A DNA stretch of 64,000 bases, from positions 35,585 to 99,584 of the forward strand of contig CAWCCO010000008.1 in the NCBI GenBank assembly GCA_963794115.1. Reading direction: 5' to 3'. Source of the DNA: an uncultured Actinomycetes bacterium. GTDB taxonomy: Bacteria > Actinomycetota > Thermoleophilia > Gaiellales > Gaiellaceae. Position numbers and translations under genes: made by a program. Shown piece after piece: positions 24,479-34,379 of the stretch. The notes beneath the pieces are model-generated. The model saw nothing but the letters and a program-made list of their open reading frames with translations, ran no database searches and was not told the origin of the DNA. How positions within the stretch are numbered: the stretch's first letter is position 1; every line of letters starts with the position of its first letter.

Positions 24479-25686
24479 GGCCCCGGCCGGCGCTCGCCGC
24501 CGGGGTCGCGACGGCGTGCCTCGTCGGCGCGGGCTCGCTCCTGGCCTGGCGGTCGGGCTCCCCGCTCGTTCCGCGCGACGGCGGGACGCTCGACCAGGGC
24601 ACGGCGTGGCCCTTCTTCGCCCTGCTCGTCGCCGCTTTCGGCTGCTACCTCGTCGGGCTGCAGCTCCTCAGGCGAGCCCCGGTGTCGGTTCGAGCCGCGG
24701 TCGTCGTCGCGGCGCTCGTCCAGCTCGTCCCACTCGGCGCGCCGCTCCTTCTCTCGACCGATGCCTGGACCTACTGGAGCTACGGCTGGATCGCGGCCGA
24801 GGGCGGGGGAAACCCGTACGTCGACCCCCCGTCCGAGTTCCCGCACAACCCCGCCGCGCCGTACATGGGCGCCGATTGGCGCGACACGACGACGGTCTAC
24901 GGCCCTGCGTTCACCGGGCTCTCCGAGCCGGTCGCCGAGCTGGCGGGCACCTCGTCCGACGCGGCCGCGTGGCTCTACAAGAGCCTCGCAGCGGTCGCCG
25001 TGCTCGCGGCGTGTGTCGCGGTAGCACGCGTGGCGAGACGACCCGCGCTTGCGGCGGCGTTCGTCGGCTGGAACCCCGTGCTCGCCGTCCACGCGGCGGG
25101 CGGAGGGCACAACGACGCGCTCGTCGGCGGGCTCGCCGCGCTCGCCGTCGCCCTCGCCCTCCGCCGGCGGCACGAGCTCTCGGGCGCCCTCTGGGTGGCC
25201 GCCGTGCTCGTGAAGTGGGTGCCGCTCGTCTTCCTCGCGCTCTCGTCGCTCGCCGCGCGCGCCCACTCCCGCCCACTCGGCTGGCGCGGCATCGCCGCCG
25301 CGGCCGTGGCTCTCGGCGCGCTTTCGACGTGGCTCTACGGGCTCGACTGGCTCCGCGCAGGGAAGCCCCTGGCCGGGAACGCCGCCCGCGAGACGAGCTA
25401 CGCGATCCCGTCGCGCCTCGAGTCGCTCGGCGTGCCGCACGGCCTCGCCCTCAGCGCCGCGCTCGCGGGCCTTGCCGTCGGCCTGGCGCTCCTCGCCCGC
25501 GAGGCCGGGCACGGTGAGGCGCGGCTCGGCCTTGCCGCCTGCCTCGTGCTTCTGACGACGCCCTATCTCGCCGTCTGGTACCTCGCCTGGGCCGTCCCGC
25601 TCGCCGCGCCCGAAGAGGAGCGCGCGTCGCGGCTTGCCGCCCTCGCGCTCACCGCGTACCTCCTTCCGCAGACGATCCCGCTCTAG
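24475..25686 (+). CDS. GT-C polyprenol-phosphomannose-dependent mannosyltransferase-like (MptA/B / GT87-like)
   Basis: PLLLSTDAWTY..YG......NPY..PP, W.DTTTVYGP and WNP......GGGHND motifs. Confidence 0.8.
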   Translation: MRPRPALAAGVATACLVGAGSLLAWRSGSPLVPRDGGTLDQGTAWPFFALLVAAFGCYLVGLQLLRRAPVSVRAAVVVAALVQLVPLGAPLLLSTDAWTYWSYGWIAAEGGGNPYVDPPSEFPHNPAAPYMGADWRDTTTVYGPAFTGLSEPVAELAGTSSDAAAWLYKSLAAVAVLAACVAVARVARRPALAAAFVGWNPVLAVHAAGGGHNDALVGGLAALAVALALRRRHELSGALWVAAVLVKWVPLVFLALSSLAARAHSRPLGWRGIAAAAVALGALSTWLYGLDWLRAGKPLAGNAARETSYAIPSRLESLGVPHGLALSAALAGLAVGLALLAREAGHGEARLGLAACLVLLTTPYLAVWYLAWAVPLAAPEEERASRLAALALTAYLLPQTIPL

Positions 25687-25694
25687 CTGACCAT

Positions 25695-27122
25695 CTAGCG
25701 CTCGCGATGGAGGACGAGGATCCCGTCCTCGTCGAAGACCACCGTGTAGCGGCCGTCGGCGCGGAGGGCCGCGAGAGCACGGCGCACCTGGGTCTCGTGG
25801 CCGAGCTGGTCGCGGTAGCTCGGCCGCTCGAGGTCGACGGCGACCCAGCGCGCCTCGCCGAGGACCGGGAAGCTGAAGACGCGGCGACGCTCCGAGAGGT
25901 GGGCGCCGAGGTTGTTCGTGGCGCTCACCGGCTCGTCGGCGGGGATCACGCGAACGGCGCGCTCCGCCGTCCGGGCGTGGCCACCGACGACGTGCTCGCG
26001 TACGCCGAGGTCGGAGCCGAGCGGCACTCGGCTCCAGACCGGGAGCGGCCCGAGCAGGACTCCCGCGATCAGGGTCGCGACGACGATCGCGCGACCCTCG
26101 GGCCGGCGCGCCCATGCGTATCTCCTCCGCAACCGCGCGGCGCCGAGCACGGCCGCGAAGATCAGCCCCGGGAGGGCGCCGGCGGTGTAGTGGAAGTGGA
26201 TCGACGTCTGCGTGCGGGTGTCGGAGAGGAGGCTCAGGGCGAGCTCCGGCGCAGCGGTCAGCGCGGCCAGCGGGGCGAGGAGCGGGAGCGCGAGGAGCGG
26301 AAGCAGAAGGTCGGCGAGGTACGCGACGTCGCGGTGATGGGTCACCGCGGAGACGATCGCGCCGGGGTCGGTGACGGCGGTCTCGAGGATCCCCGTGGGA
26401 GACCCGCCCACCGCGCTGTAGCGGCCTTCGAAGCGCGAGCTGCCCGAGATCGAGTAGTGCGGGATCACGACGGCGAACGCGATCACCGTCACGAGCAGGC
26501 CGGCTCCGGCGATCAGCGCCCCGGCCCGGCGGCGCCCGGGACGGAGCGCGTACCAGAGCCCCATCGCGGCGACGACGAGGCCGATCTCCTCCTTCGTCAG
26601 GCACGCGGCGAGCGCGACCAGCGCGAACGGGAGCAGTCGATCCTCGTCCAGAAACCAGAAGCCCCACAGGAGCAGCGGCGCCGCGAGCGCGACGACATGG
26701 AAGTCGTCGAGCGCGAGCCACTGGGTCGCCGGGTGCAGCAGGTAGGCGAGCGCGAACCCCGCGGCGGCCCAGTCCGACGCCAGGTGCTTGCGGCCGAGGA
26801 GGTACACGGGCACGGCGCCCGTCGCGATGGCGGCCGCCTGGCAGACGAGCAGCAGGGACGCATCCGGCCAGGCCCACCAGAGCGGCGCAAAGACGGCGAG
26901 CGCCGGCTCGAAATGCGCTCCGAGCCGAGAGATCTGCGTGCCCGTCAGTGCCGTCATCGAGAGGAAGTCGCCGTGGGCCGTCGACCACACCGCCTGGACG
27001 CTGTTGCCGAGGTCGAAGCGCCCGCTCCAGAAGGCGCGGTGCTGGAGCACTGCGAGCGCGCCCAGCCCCGACGCGTACGCCGCGACACCCGCGGCGACGA
27101 TCCCGCCCGGCCGAAGCCTCAC
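25695..27122 (-). CDS. DUF2079 multi-TM membrane protein (putative GT-C fold)
   Basis: FDLG...QAVW....G......LGAHFEP, DFH, KEE and FHY motifs. Confidence 0.8.
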   Translation of the reverse strand: MRLRPGGIVAAGVAAYASGLGALAVLQHRAFWSGRFDLGNSVQAVWSTAHGDFLSMTALTGTQISRLGAHFEPALAVFAPLWWAWPDASLLLVCQAAAIATGAVPVYLLGRKHLASDWAAAGFALAYLLHPATQWLALDDFHVVALAAPLLLWGFWFLDEDRLLPFALVALAACLTKEEIGLVVAAMGLWYALRPGRRRAGALIAGAGLLVTVIAFAVVIPHYSISGSSRFEGRYSAVGGSPTGILETAVTDPGAIVSAVTHHRDVAYLADLLLPLLALPLLAPLAALTAAPELALSLLSDTRTQTSIHFHYTAGALPGLIFAAVLGAARLRRRYAWARRPEGRAIVVATLIAGVLLGPLPVWSRVPLGSDLGVREHVVGGHARTAERAVRVIPADEPVSATNNLGAHLSERRRVFSFPVLGEARWVAVDLERPSYRDQLGHETQVRRALAALRADGRYTVVFDEDGILVLHRER

Positions 27123-28185
27123 GCGCGCAGAGTCCCCTCGAGCAGCGACCGCCAGCGAGCGCCGAGCACGCTCTCGGACGCCTGCGTCTCGTACGTGCGA
27201 CGTCCGGCGGCGGCGATGCGGGCGGCGAGGCCGCTGTCCTCGACCGTGCGCCGGATCGCGGACGCAAGCGCGGTCGGGTCACCGGCGGGAACGAGCAGCG
27301 CATTCTCGCCGTCGGCCAGGAGCTCGCGGGCTGCCGGGGTGTCGGCGGTGATCACGGGCCGGGCGCACGCGAGGGCCTGGAAGACCTTGTTCGGGATCAC
27401 CCGCGCCGCCTTCGCGCCCGTGCCGAAGATGCCCAGAGCGCAGCCCGCGCGCCGATAGGCGTCGGGGAGGGCTCGATAGTCGATCCACGGGACGTGCTCG
27501 ACGTTCGGAGGCCGGTGCGCCAGCAGCGACGCGAGCTGGCCTTCCCCGACCACGACGAACCGCACCTCGGGGACGAGCCGGGCCGCCGCGAGGATCGTCT
27601 CGAGCCCGTGCAAGCGGGATCAGCTTCCCGACGAAGAGGACGTGGACGTCCCGCCGGCTCGGTGTCCGTCGGGTGGAACAGCGAGTCCTCCGCACCGACG
27701 AGCGCCACGGCGACGCGCTCGGAGGCCAGCTCGAAGGCGTCCTGGAAGTACGCGGCGTGCGCCCTCGTGTCCGCGACCACGAGGTCCGCCGAACGAAACG
27801 CGCGGCGGTCGAGCGCGCGCAGGGCGGCCGCACGCAGCGAGCGACGCGAGACGACGCCGCGGTCGTCGATCAGCGTGTCCCGAAGTGAGACGAGCGGGTT
27901 GAAGACGACGGGCCGGCCGGCGGCGACGCGTGTCGCGGCGACCATGTCGGCATGACCGGGGTATCCGACGACGAGCACGTCCGCGTCGCCCGGATCGACG
28001 CGTGCCAGTGCGAGCTCGGCGCGTGCGAGTCGCGCGAGCGATCCGAGGCCCGGAGACCAGTTGTGCCGCCCCCAGACCTGCCTGTGCCGCTCCACGACGT
28101 CGACCCCCGCGCGACGCAGGCACGACACCACCTGGGTGTTACGGGGGGACGCACGGTCGTACGTCCCGAGGTAGAGGGCCTTCAC
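27119..28185 (-). CDS. GT4 glycosyltransferase (two apparent frameshifts at ~27650 and ~27611)
   Basis: N-terminal half 28185-27650, then HVLFVGKLIPL in a second frame, then HGLE...LGIFG...KA.RVIPNKVFQALA...PVIT in a third. Confidence 0.8.
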
Positions 28186-28192
28186 TCCGGCG

Positions 28193-29134
28193 TCAGCGGA
28201 GGATCTCGGCGACGAGGCGCGACGGGCGGTCCTCGAGCGCGCGAACGCGCTCGCGGTGCTGGCTCGTGACGAGCTCGGAGAGGAGCCCGAGCGAGAGGAA
28301 CTGGATGCCGACCACGACGAGCAGGACTCCCAGCAGGAGGAGCGGCCGCCGCCCGATCGCCTCGCCGCCGATCTTCTCGACCGTGAGGTAGACCAGGATC
28401 CCGGTTCCGATCGTGCCGAGCACGAGGCCGAGCCCGCCGAACAGATGGAGGGGCCGATGCCGATAGCGGCTCATGAACGTCACGGTCATGAGGTCGAGGA
28501 ATCCGCGGGCGTACCGCTCCATCCCGTACCGGCTGTGCCCGTGCTCGCGCGGACGATGGTTCACGCCGAGCTCGGTCACCCGGAAGCCGAGGTCGTGTGC
28601 GAGGACCGGGACGAACCGGTGTAGCTCGCCGTACAGGTCGAGGTTCCGCGCGACGTCGACGCGGAACGCCTTCAGGCCGCAGTTCATGTCGTGGAGGTGG
28701 ACGCCCGAGAGCCAGCCCGTCACCGTGTTGAACACACGGGAAAGCGCGCGCCGCACAAGGGGGTCGCTCCGCTCGGTCTTCCACCCCGTGACGAGGTCGT
28801 ACCCCTCGTCGAGCTTTGCGAGCAGCCGAGGGATCTCCGCGGGATCGTCCTGGAGGTCGCCGTCGATCGTCACGACGACATCGCCCTCGACGAGCCCGAA
28901 GCCGGCGTCGAGTGCCGCGGCCTTGCCGGCATTGCGGCGCATCCGGACGACGCGGACGTTCGTGGTCGACTCGTGCAGGTGGGCCAGCGCGGCATGGGTT
29001 CCGTCGCGCGATCCGTCGTCGACGTAGACGACCTCCCACGGCTCGTCGAGGCCCCCGAGCGCGCTCGCCAGCTCGTCGTAGAGCGGCTCGACGGTTCGTT
29101 CCTCGTCGCGCACGGGGACGACGACCGAGATCAC
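28193..29134 (-). CDS. GT2 polyprenol-phosphate glycosyltransferase (ArnC/DPM1-like)
   Basis: SVVVPVRDEE, VDDGSRD, DGDLQDDP and GELHRFVP motifs; two C-terminal TMs. Confidence 0.92.
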   Translation of the reverse strand: MISVVVPVRDEERTVEPLYDELASALGGLDEPWEVVYVDDGSRDGTHAALAHLHESTTNVRVVRMRRNAGKAAALDAGFGLVEGDVVVTIDGDLQDDPAEIPRLLAKLDEGYDLVTGWKTERSDPLVRRALSRVFNTVTGWLSGVHLHDMNCGLKAFRVDVARNLDLYGELHRFVPVLAHDLGFRVTELGVNHRPREHGHSRYGMERYARGFLDLMTVTFMSRYRHRPLHLFGGLGLVLGTIGTGILVYLTVEKIGGEAIGRRPLLLLGVLLVVVGIQFLSLGLLSELVTSQHRERVRALEDRPSRLVAEILR

Positions 29135-29169
29135 GCGGAGGAGCGTACCCCGTGTGTAGCGTGCTCGCC

Positions 29170-30378
29170 GTGGCCGAGCTCCTCACCGTCGAGGATGCGC
29201 TCGCCCGCGTCCTCGCCGCCGTTCGCCCGCTCGAATCCGAGGCGGTGACGCTCTCGGCAGCGTCCGGACGCGTGCTCTCAGAGGACGCGCGGGCGGCTGT
29301 CGACCTCCCGCGATTCGCGAGCTCCGCGATGGACGGATTCGCAGTGCGCGTGGCCGACACCCCGGGCACGCTGCCGGTCGTCGGCCAGGTCGCCGCCGGT
29401 CGCCCGGCAGAACGCGCGCTGGCGGCGGGCGAGGCGATGACCATCTCGACCGGCGGCGTTGTCCCCGAGGGCGCAGACGCGGTCGTGCCGATCGAGCTCG
29501 TCACGCAGGAAGGGGATGCCGTCGTAATCGCGCAGGCAGCGCCGCACGGGGCAAACGTGCGGCCGCGTGGCGGGGACGTCGTCGCGGGTGACGTGGTCGT
29601 TCCGGCCGGCACACCGCTCACGCCCCCGCGCCTCGCCGCGCTTGCCTCGACCGGCGTCACGGCCCTCCTGTGCTCGCGGCGCCCGAAGGTCTCGATCGTC
29701 TCGACGGGCACGGAGCTGCGTCGGCCGGGCGAGCCCTTGCGGGAGGGTGAGATCTACGAGTCGAACGGGCTGATGCTCGCCGCGCTCCTGGCCGGCTCCG
29801 GCGCAGACGTGCGCCCGCCGGAGCACGTCGAGGACGACCCGGCCGCGCACGAGGCGGCACTCGCCCGCGGGCTCGAGTGCGACGTCCTCGTCACGTCCGG
29901 CGGCGTGTCGGTCGGCCCGCACGACCTCGTCCGCGAGACGCTCACCCGCCTCGGTGTCGAGGAGGCGTTCTGGGGCGTCGCCATGCGCCCGGGCAAGCCC
30001 CTCTCGTTCGGCACGCGTGAGGGCGTGCTCGTGTTCGGGCTCCCCGGCAATCCCGTCTCCTCGCTGGTCGGGGCGCTGCTCTTCCTGCTGCCCGCGATCC
30101 GTGCCCTCCAGGGCCGGCGACACCCGGAGCCCAGCTTCGGCCTCGGGACGCTCGCGGCGCCCGCGGCACGCCGCGCCTCACGCGACGACTACCAGCGCGC
30201 GGCGGTCGAGCGGGTGGGAGACGACGTCGTCCTGACACCGCTTGCGGGTCAGGAGTCGCACATGATCGCCCGGGCGGCCGCTGCGGACGCCCTGGTCCAC
30301 GTTCCTCGCGGCGACGGCGAGCTCTCCGCCGGCTCGCGAGTCCGCTACCTGCCTCTCGACGGCTCCGCCGGGGCGTAG
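29170..30378 (+). CDS. moeA: Molybdopterin molybdotransferase MoeA
   Basis: SAMDGFA, STG.EL, TSGGVSVG..D, PGKP and LPGNPVS motifs. Confidence 0.95.
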   Translation: MAELLTVEDALARVLAAVRPLESEAVTLSAASGRVLSEDARAAVDLPRFASSAMDGFAVRVADTPGTLPVVGQVAAGRPAERALAAGEAMTISTGGVVPEGADAVVPIELVTQEGDAVVIAQAAPHGANVRPRGGDVVAGDVVVPAGTPLTPPRLAALASTGVTALLCSRRPKVSIVSTGTELRRPGEPLREGEIYESNGLMLAALLAGSGADVRPPEHVEDDPAAHEAALARGLECDVLVTSGGVSVGPHDLVRETLTRLGVEEAFWGVAMRPGKPLSFGTREGVLVFGLPGNPVSSLVGALLFLLPAIRALQGRRHPEPSFGLGTLAAPAARRASRDDYQRAAVERVGDDVVLTPLAGQESHMIARAAAADALVHVPRGDGELSAGSRVRYLPLDGSAGA

Positions 30379-32126
30379 TTGCCCGACGCGACGGCGCCTA
30401 CGAGACCGGCGATCGCGGCCCACACGGTCAACGCGAGGGTGGCGCCCCACGGAATCACGCCCGTCGTGATGAGCGACGCCGCGTAGAGCGGCGCTCGGAC
30501 ACCGAGATCGAGCTGCTCCGCGAGCACCACGAGCCCCAGCACGGGGCCGACGAGACCGGCCCCGAAGAGGACGTCGGTGACCCAGTCGGGCGTCCGCCCC
30601 AGCTGCGGGAGCCAGAGCCAGGTGTAGAGCGAGGGGATCACGAAGATCAGGCTGTAGGGCGAGACCAGCGCCGTTCCCGCGGCGACGAGCAGCAGCGCGA
30701 CGAACGCGACGGTGTACGCGGCGAGCTCGTCCTCTGCACGGGCAGGCCTATGCGCGAGCGCCCGCGCCCGTGAGCGGAGCCAGACGAGGAACGCGACGAG
30801 CGCGAGCGCCGCAAGGAGCCCGAGCGGCCACGAGTCGACCGGCGGCTCGTCCGGCGGGGGCGGCAGACCCGGCTCGGACGGCAGCGCGTCGGCGAGGGAC
30901 GCGACACCGACGATCGCAAGGAGGAGCAGCCAGAGGCCCACGCGCCGGCGGAGCGAGCGCCAGGCAGCGCGCAGAGGCAGCCGCCGACGCCGTGCGCGCG
31001 ACAGCAGGTCCAACGACGCCGCAGCGAACGGGATCACCGCGGCCAGGAGGAGCAGCTGCACCGCCCAGCCGCGAACGGTGCGGTGCGCGAGGTAGATCGC
31101 GCCGTTCGTCGACGTGGGCAGCTCGACGGTCTGGTCGAGCGAGGTGAGCAGCGTCTCCGAGGCACGGCCCAGCTGGCCGAGCCGCGTGGAGTCGAGGTCC
31201 GTGAGCTCGTCGCCTCCGGGGACAACCGCTCCGTCCGGTGCGGTGGAGATGCGAATCGCGGGCACACGGCGTGCGAGAAGCGGCGCCTGCTCGCCGTAGC
31301 CGAACGGGAGCCCGAGGGAGACGAGTTGCGTCAACGCACCCGGCAGCGCCGGCGGCTCGCCGGTCTCGGCGGAGATGCGCGCCGCCGCCGTTCGGACGAG
31401 CGCCTGCGGCGGCGAGCGGCCGTCGAGCCCGGACAGCTCGATGCGCGGCCGGACGCTGCCGGCGATCCCGTCGAGCGAGACGACGGCAACAGCACGGGCG
31501 GCGAGGGGCGAGTGCGCCGCGAAGCGTGCGGCGCCGAGCGCCCCGTAGGCGCCCGCGTCGGTGGAGAGGAAGACGAGGGTGTGGAGCGGCGTCCGCGACG
31601 ACTCGGTCGCCCCCGCTGTCGCGTACGCTCGCGCGAGCTCCACGAGGGCTGCGGTCCCGCTCGCGTCGTCGTTCGCGCCGGCCGTCGTCCCTTTGTTGTC
31701 TCGATGAGCAACGATCACGATCGTCTCCGGCACCGTGCCCGGAACCACGGCCGCGAGGTTGCGGAGCTCGACCCGGCCGACACCCGGCACCTCCTCGCGC
31801 CAGCGGTCCTCGCGGACGGGGATCCCGTACAGCGACAGCTTGTTCCGAAACCAGGTCGCCGCGTCGGCCGCGCCGAGCGAGCCGGGCACACGGCTCGGAT
31901 TCTCGCGTGCGAGGTTGGCTGTGAGCGCGGTCGCGGTCGACCGGTCGAACCCCGGCGGCAGCGCCGGCGCGGGCAGCGGGCCCGAGCGGCCCAACGTGAG
32001 GATCAGCAGGATCAGCGGCGGAAGGAGGATGACGCTCGTCTTGCGCACGAGGCGCCCGTCCACCGGGCGCTCGACCGAGCCGCGCCGCGGCCTCCGCTTG
32101 CTCGTGCCGAGGCGGACGGGCTCCAT
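30345..32126 (-). CDS. Membrane-anchored M28-family peptidase-like protein with degenerate active site
   Basis: AHRD and GANDDASG present, but the usual EE motif reads DAGAYG; about 7 C-terminal TMs. Confidence 0.8.
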   Translation of the reverse strand: MEPVRLGTSKRRPRRGSVERPVDGRLVRKTSVILLPPLILLILTLGRSGPLPAPALPPGFDRSTATALTANLARENPSRVPGSLGAADAATWFRNKLSLYGIPVREDRWREEVPGVGRVELRNLAAVVPGTVPETIVIVAHRDNKGTTAGANDDASGTAALVELARAYATAGATESSRTPLHTLVFLSTDAGAYGALGAARFAAHSPLAARAVAVVSLDGIAGSVRPRIELSGLDGRSPPQALVRTAAARISAETGEPPALPGALTQLVSLGLPFGYGEQAPLLARRVPAIRISTAPDGAVVPGGDELTDLDSTRLGQLGRASETLLTSLDQTVELPTSTNGAIYLAHRTVRGWAVQLLLLAAVIPFAAASLDLLSRARRRRLPLRAAWRSLRRRVGLWLLLLAIVGVASLADALPSEPGLPPPPDEPPVDSWPLGLLAALALVAFLVWLRSRARALAHRPARAEDELAAYTVAFVALLLVAAGTALVSPYSLIFVIPSLYTWLWLPQLGRTPDWVTDVLFGAGLVGPVLGLVVLAEQLDLGVRAPLYAASLITTGVIPWGATLALTVWAAIAGLVGAVASGNYAPAEPSRGR

Positions 32127-32184
32127 GCAGGGGGCTATAGTAGGCGCGGGCAGGCGTGCACGCCCGGGCGTGACCCACCACGAG

Positions 32185-32889
32185 ATGCCGGACTCTTCCT
32201 CGACCATTCTCCTCGTCGACGACGAGGACTCGATCCAGGCACTCCTCACGTACCCACTCGAGCGGGACGGCTATCGCGTCGTCCAGGCGCGCGACGGCGA
32301 CGAGGCGCTGCGCCGTTTCGCGGAGGAGCCGGTCGACCTCGTTGTGCTCGACATCATGCTGCCCAAGGTCGACGGGCTCGAGGTCTGCCGCCGCCTGCGG
32401 AGCGAGAGCACGGTGCCGATCATCATGCTCACGGCCCGCGACGACGAGCTCGACAAGGTGCTCGGCCTCGAGCTCGGCGCGGACGACTACATCACGAAGC
32501 CGTTCTCGATCCGCGAGTTCCGGAGCCGCGTCCGCGCGCTGCTCCGTCGCGCGGCGAACCCGCATTTCGCGGGACGGCGTGAGGATGTGATCAACCGTGG
32601 CGAGCTGGTCGTGGATCTGCCGCGACGCATGGTCGAGGTTCGCGGGAAGTCGGTCGCGTTGACCTTCGTCGAGTTCGAGCTGCTGGCGCTGCTCGCCTCG
32701 GAGCCCGGCGTCGTGTTCAGCCGCCGACAGCTCCTCGAACGGATCCGCGGCAGCGCCGACTATCGGGAGCCGCGCACGATCGACGTCCACGTCCGACACC
32801 TCCGCGAGAAGATCGAGCTCGACTCGCGCGACCCGGAGCTGATCCTCACCGTGCGCGGCGCGGGGTACCGCTTTCGAGACGGCGCATGA
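32185..32889 (+). CDS. OmpR-family response regulator
   Basis: [23 protein letters not shown] and winged-helix [20 protein letters not shown]. Confidence 0.96.
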   Translation: MPDSSSTILLVDDEDSIQALLTYPLERDGYRVVQARDGDEALRRFAEEPVDLVVLDIMLPKVDGLEVCRRLRSESTVPIIMLTARDDELDKVLGLELGADDYITKPFSIREFRSRVRALLRRAANPHFAGRREDVINRGELVVDLPRRMVEVRGKSVALTFVEFELLALLASEPGVVFSRRQLLERIRGSADYREPRTIDVHVRHLREKIELDSRDPELILTVRGAGYRFRDGA

Positions 32890-34304
32890 GGGTTCGCCTG
32901 CCGGGCGGGATTCGCACGACCCTGGCGGTCGCGTTGCTGCTGATCGTCGGCGGTGCACTGGGCGCCGCCTATCTGATGGTCGTCCCCTCGCTCGAGCGGC
33001 GACTCGTCGACGACCGGCTCGACGAGCTCCAGCGGGACGGGATCGAGGTGGGCGCCACCTATGCCCGCCAGGACTTCAGCCAGCCCCTCTCGATCGACCA
33101 GTTCGTAGCCACGGTCTCGATCCTCTACGACGCGAGGACCGTGGTCTACCAGGTGTTCTCGCCGATCTCGCTCAGGCCGCTCGCGGACTCGGCCCAGTCG
33201 GGCCTGCCGCTGACGGACGATCCCGTCGCGCTTCGGACCGCCCGCACGACGCAGATCGCCCGTGGGCGGGTGGAGCGCTCTGGTCGGCCGTACGGCGAGG
33301 TTGCGGTGCCGCTCCTTCCGTCGGGGAACGTCCTGCTGCTCTCGTCGTCGATCGAGGACCAGCTTGCGACGGTCCGCGTGGTGAAACGCCGGCTCCTCTA
33401 CGCAACCGGGCTCGCGCTGTTGATCACTGCGATCCTGGGCAGCGCAGCCGCCGCGATGCACGCGCGCCGGATCCGCCGGCTCGAGCGGGCGGCGAACCGC
33501 ATCGCGCAGGGCAAGTTCGACACCCCCGTCGTCGACGACGGACAGGATGAGCTCGGGGAGCTCGCCGCCGCCTTCGACCGGATGCGGATCCAGCTCGCGC
33601 AGCTCGACACGGCGCGCAAGGAGTTCGTCGCGAACGCGTCGCACGAGCTGCGGACGCCGCTGTTCTCGCTCGCCGGCTTCCTCGAGCTGATGACGGACGA
33701 GGATCTCGACGAGGAGACCCGCGCGGGGTTCCTCGTGACGACGCGCGAGCAGGTCGACCGGCTCACGCGCCTCTCCGCCGACTTGCTCGACCTCTCGCGC
33801 ATCGACGCGGGGCGCCTCCACGTCGAGAGCGAGGAGGTCGTGCTCGCGGACGTCGCCCGGGCGCTCGCCGAGGAGCTGCAACCGATCGCGGAGGGGGCAG
33901 GGCATGTCCTGACGCTCGACACCGAGCCGGACGCGTGGGCCTTGGCGGACGAGGAGCGCGTGCTCCAGATCGGACGCGCACTGCTCGCGAACGCGATCGC
34001 GCACACGCCTGCGGGCACCGAGGTCGTCCTCCGAACGGGACGGGAGGGCGGCACCGCGGTTCTCGTCGTCAGCGATGACGGTCCGGGCATTCCCGAGGAG
34101 TACGCGGAACGGATCTTCGACCGCTTTTACCGCGTCGAGGGCCCACAGGCCTCGGGCAGCGGCCTCGGCCTCGCGATCGCGCGGGAGCTGGCAGAGCGGA
34201 TGGGCGGCACGGTCGAGCTCTCGGCGGCAGCGCGCAGGACGACGTTCACGCTGGCGCTGCCCGCGGTCGCTGCGGCGCCGGAGGCGGTGCCCGTCCCGTC
34301 CTGA
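32886..34304 (+). CDS. HAMP sensor histidine kinase
   Basis: HAMP ([11 protein letters not shown]), H-box [10 protein letters not shown]-box and GSGLGLAI. Confidence 0.95.
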   Translation: MRVRLPGGIRTTLAVALLLIVGGALGAAYLMVVPSLERRLVDDRLDELQRDGIEVGATYARQDFSQPLSIDQFVATVSILYDARTVVYQVFSPISLRPLADSAQSGLPLTDDPVALRTARTTQIARGRVERSGRPYGEVAVPLLPSGNVLLLSSSIEDQLATVRVVKRRLLYATGLALLITAILGSAAAAMHARRIRRLERAANRIAQGKFDTPVVDDGQDELGELAAAFDRMRIQLAQLDTARKEFVANASHELRTPLFSLAGFLELMTDEDLDEETRAGFLVTTREQVDRLTRLSADLLDLSRIDAGRLHVESEEVVLADVARALAEELQPIAEGAGHVLTLDTEPDAWALADEERVLQIGRALLANAIAHTPAGTEVVLRTGREGGTAVLVVSDDGPGIPEEYAERIFDRFYRVEGPQASGSGLGLAIARELAERMGGTVELSAAARRTTFTLALPAVAAAPEAVPVPS

Positions 34305-34314
34305 CGCCCTTCCG

Positions 34315-34340
34315 CGCCCGTTTTCACGTGAAAACGGGCG
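34315..34340. promoter_or_regulatory. parS-like 26-bp perfect palindrome
   Basis: CGCCCGTTTTCACGTGAAAACGGGCG; the core TTTCACGTGAAA matches parS (GTTTCACGTGAAAC). Confidence 0.65.
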
Positions 34341-34379
34341 GACGCGGGATGCGACATGGCCGCTGGTACCGTGGCGCGC

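Noticed and set aside
22315-25686. 1123-aa ORF and other very long alternative-frame or antisense ORFs (e.g. 24358-27303, 46545-49433, 4750-7203)
   Set aside because: These are Arg/Pro/Ala-rich shadow frames expected at high GC; only the 3' part from 24475 is a real gene.
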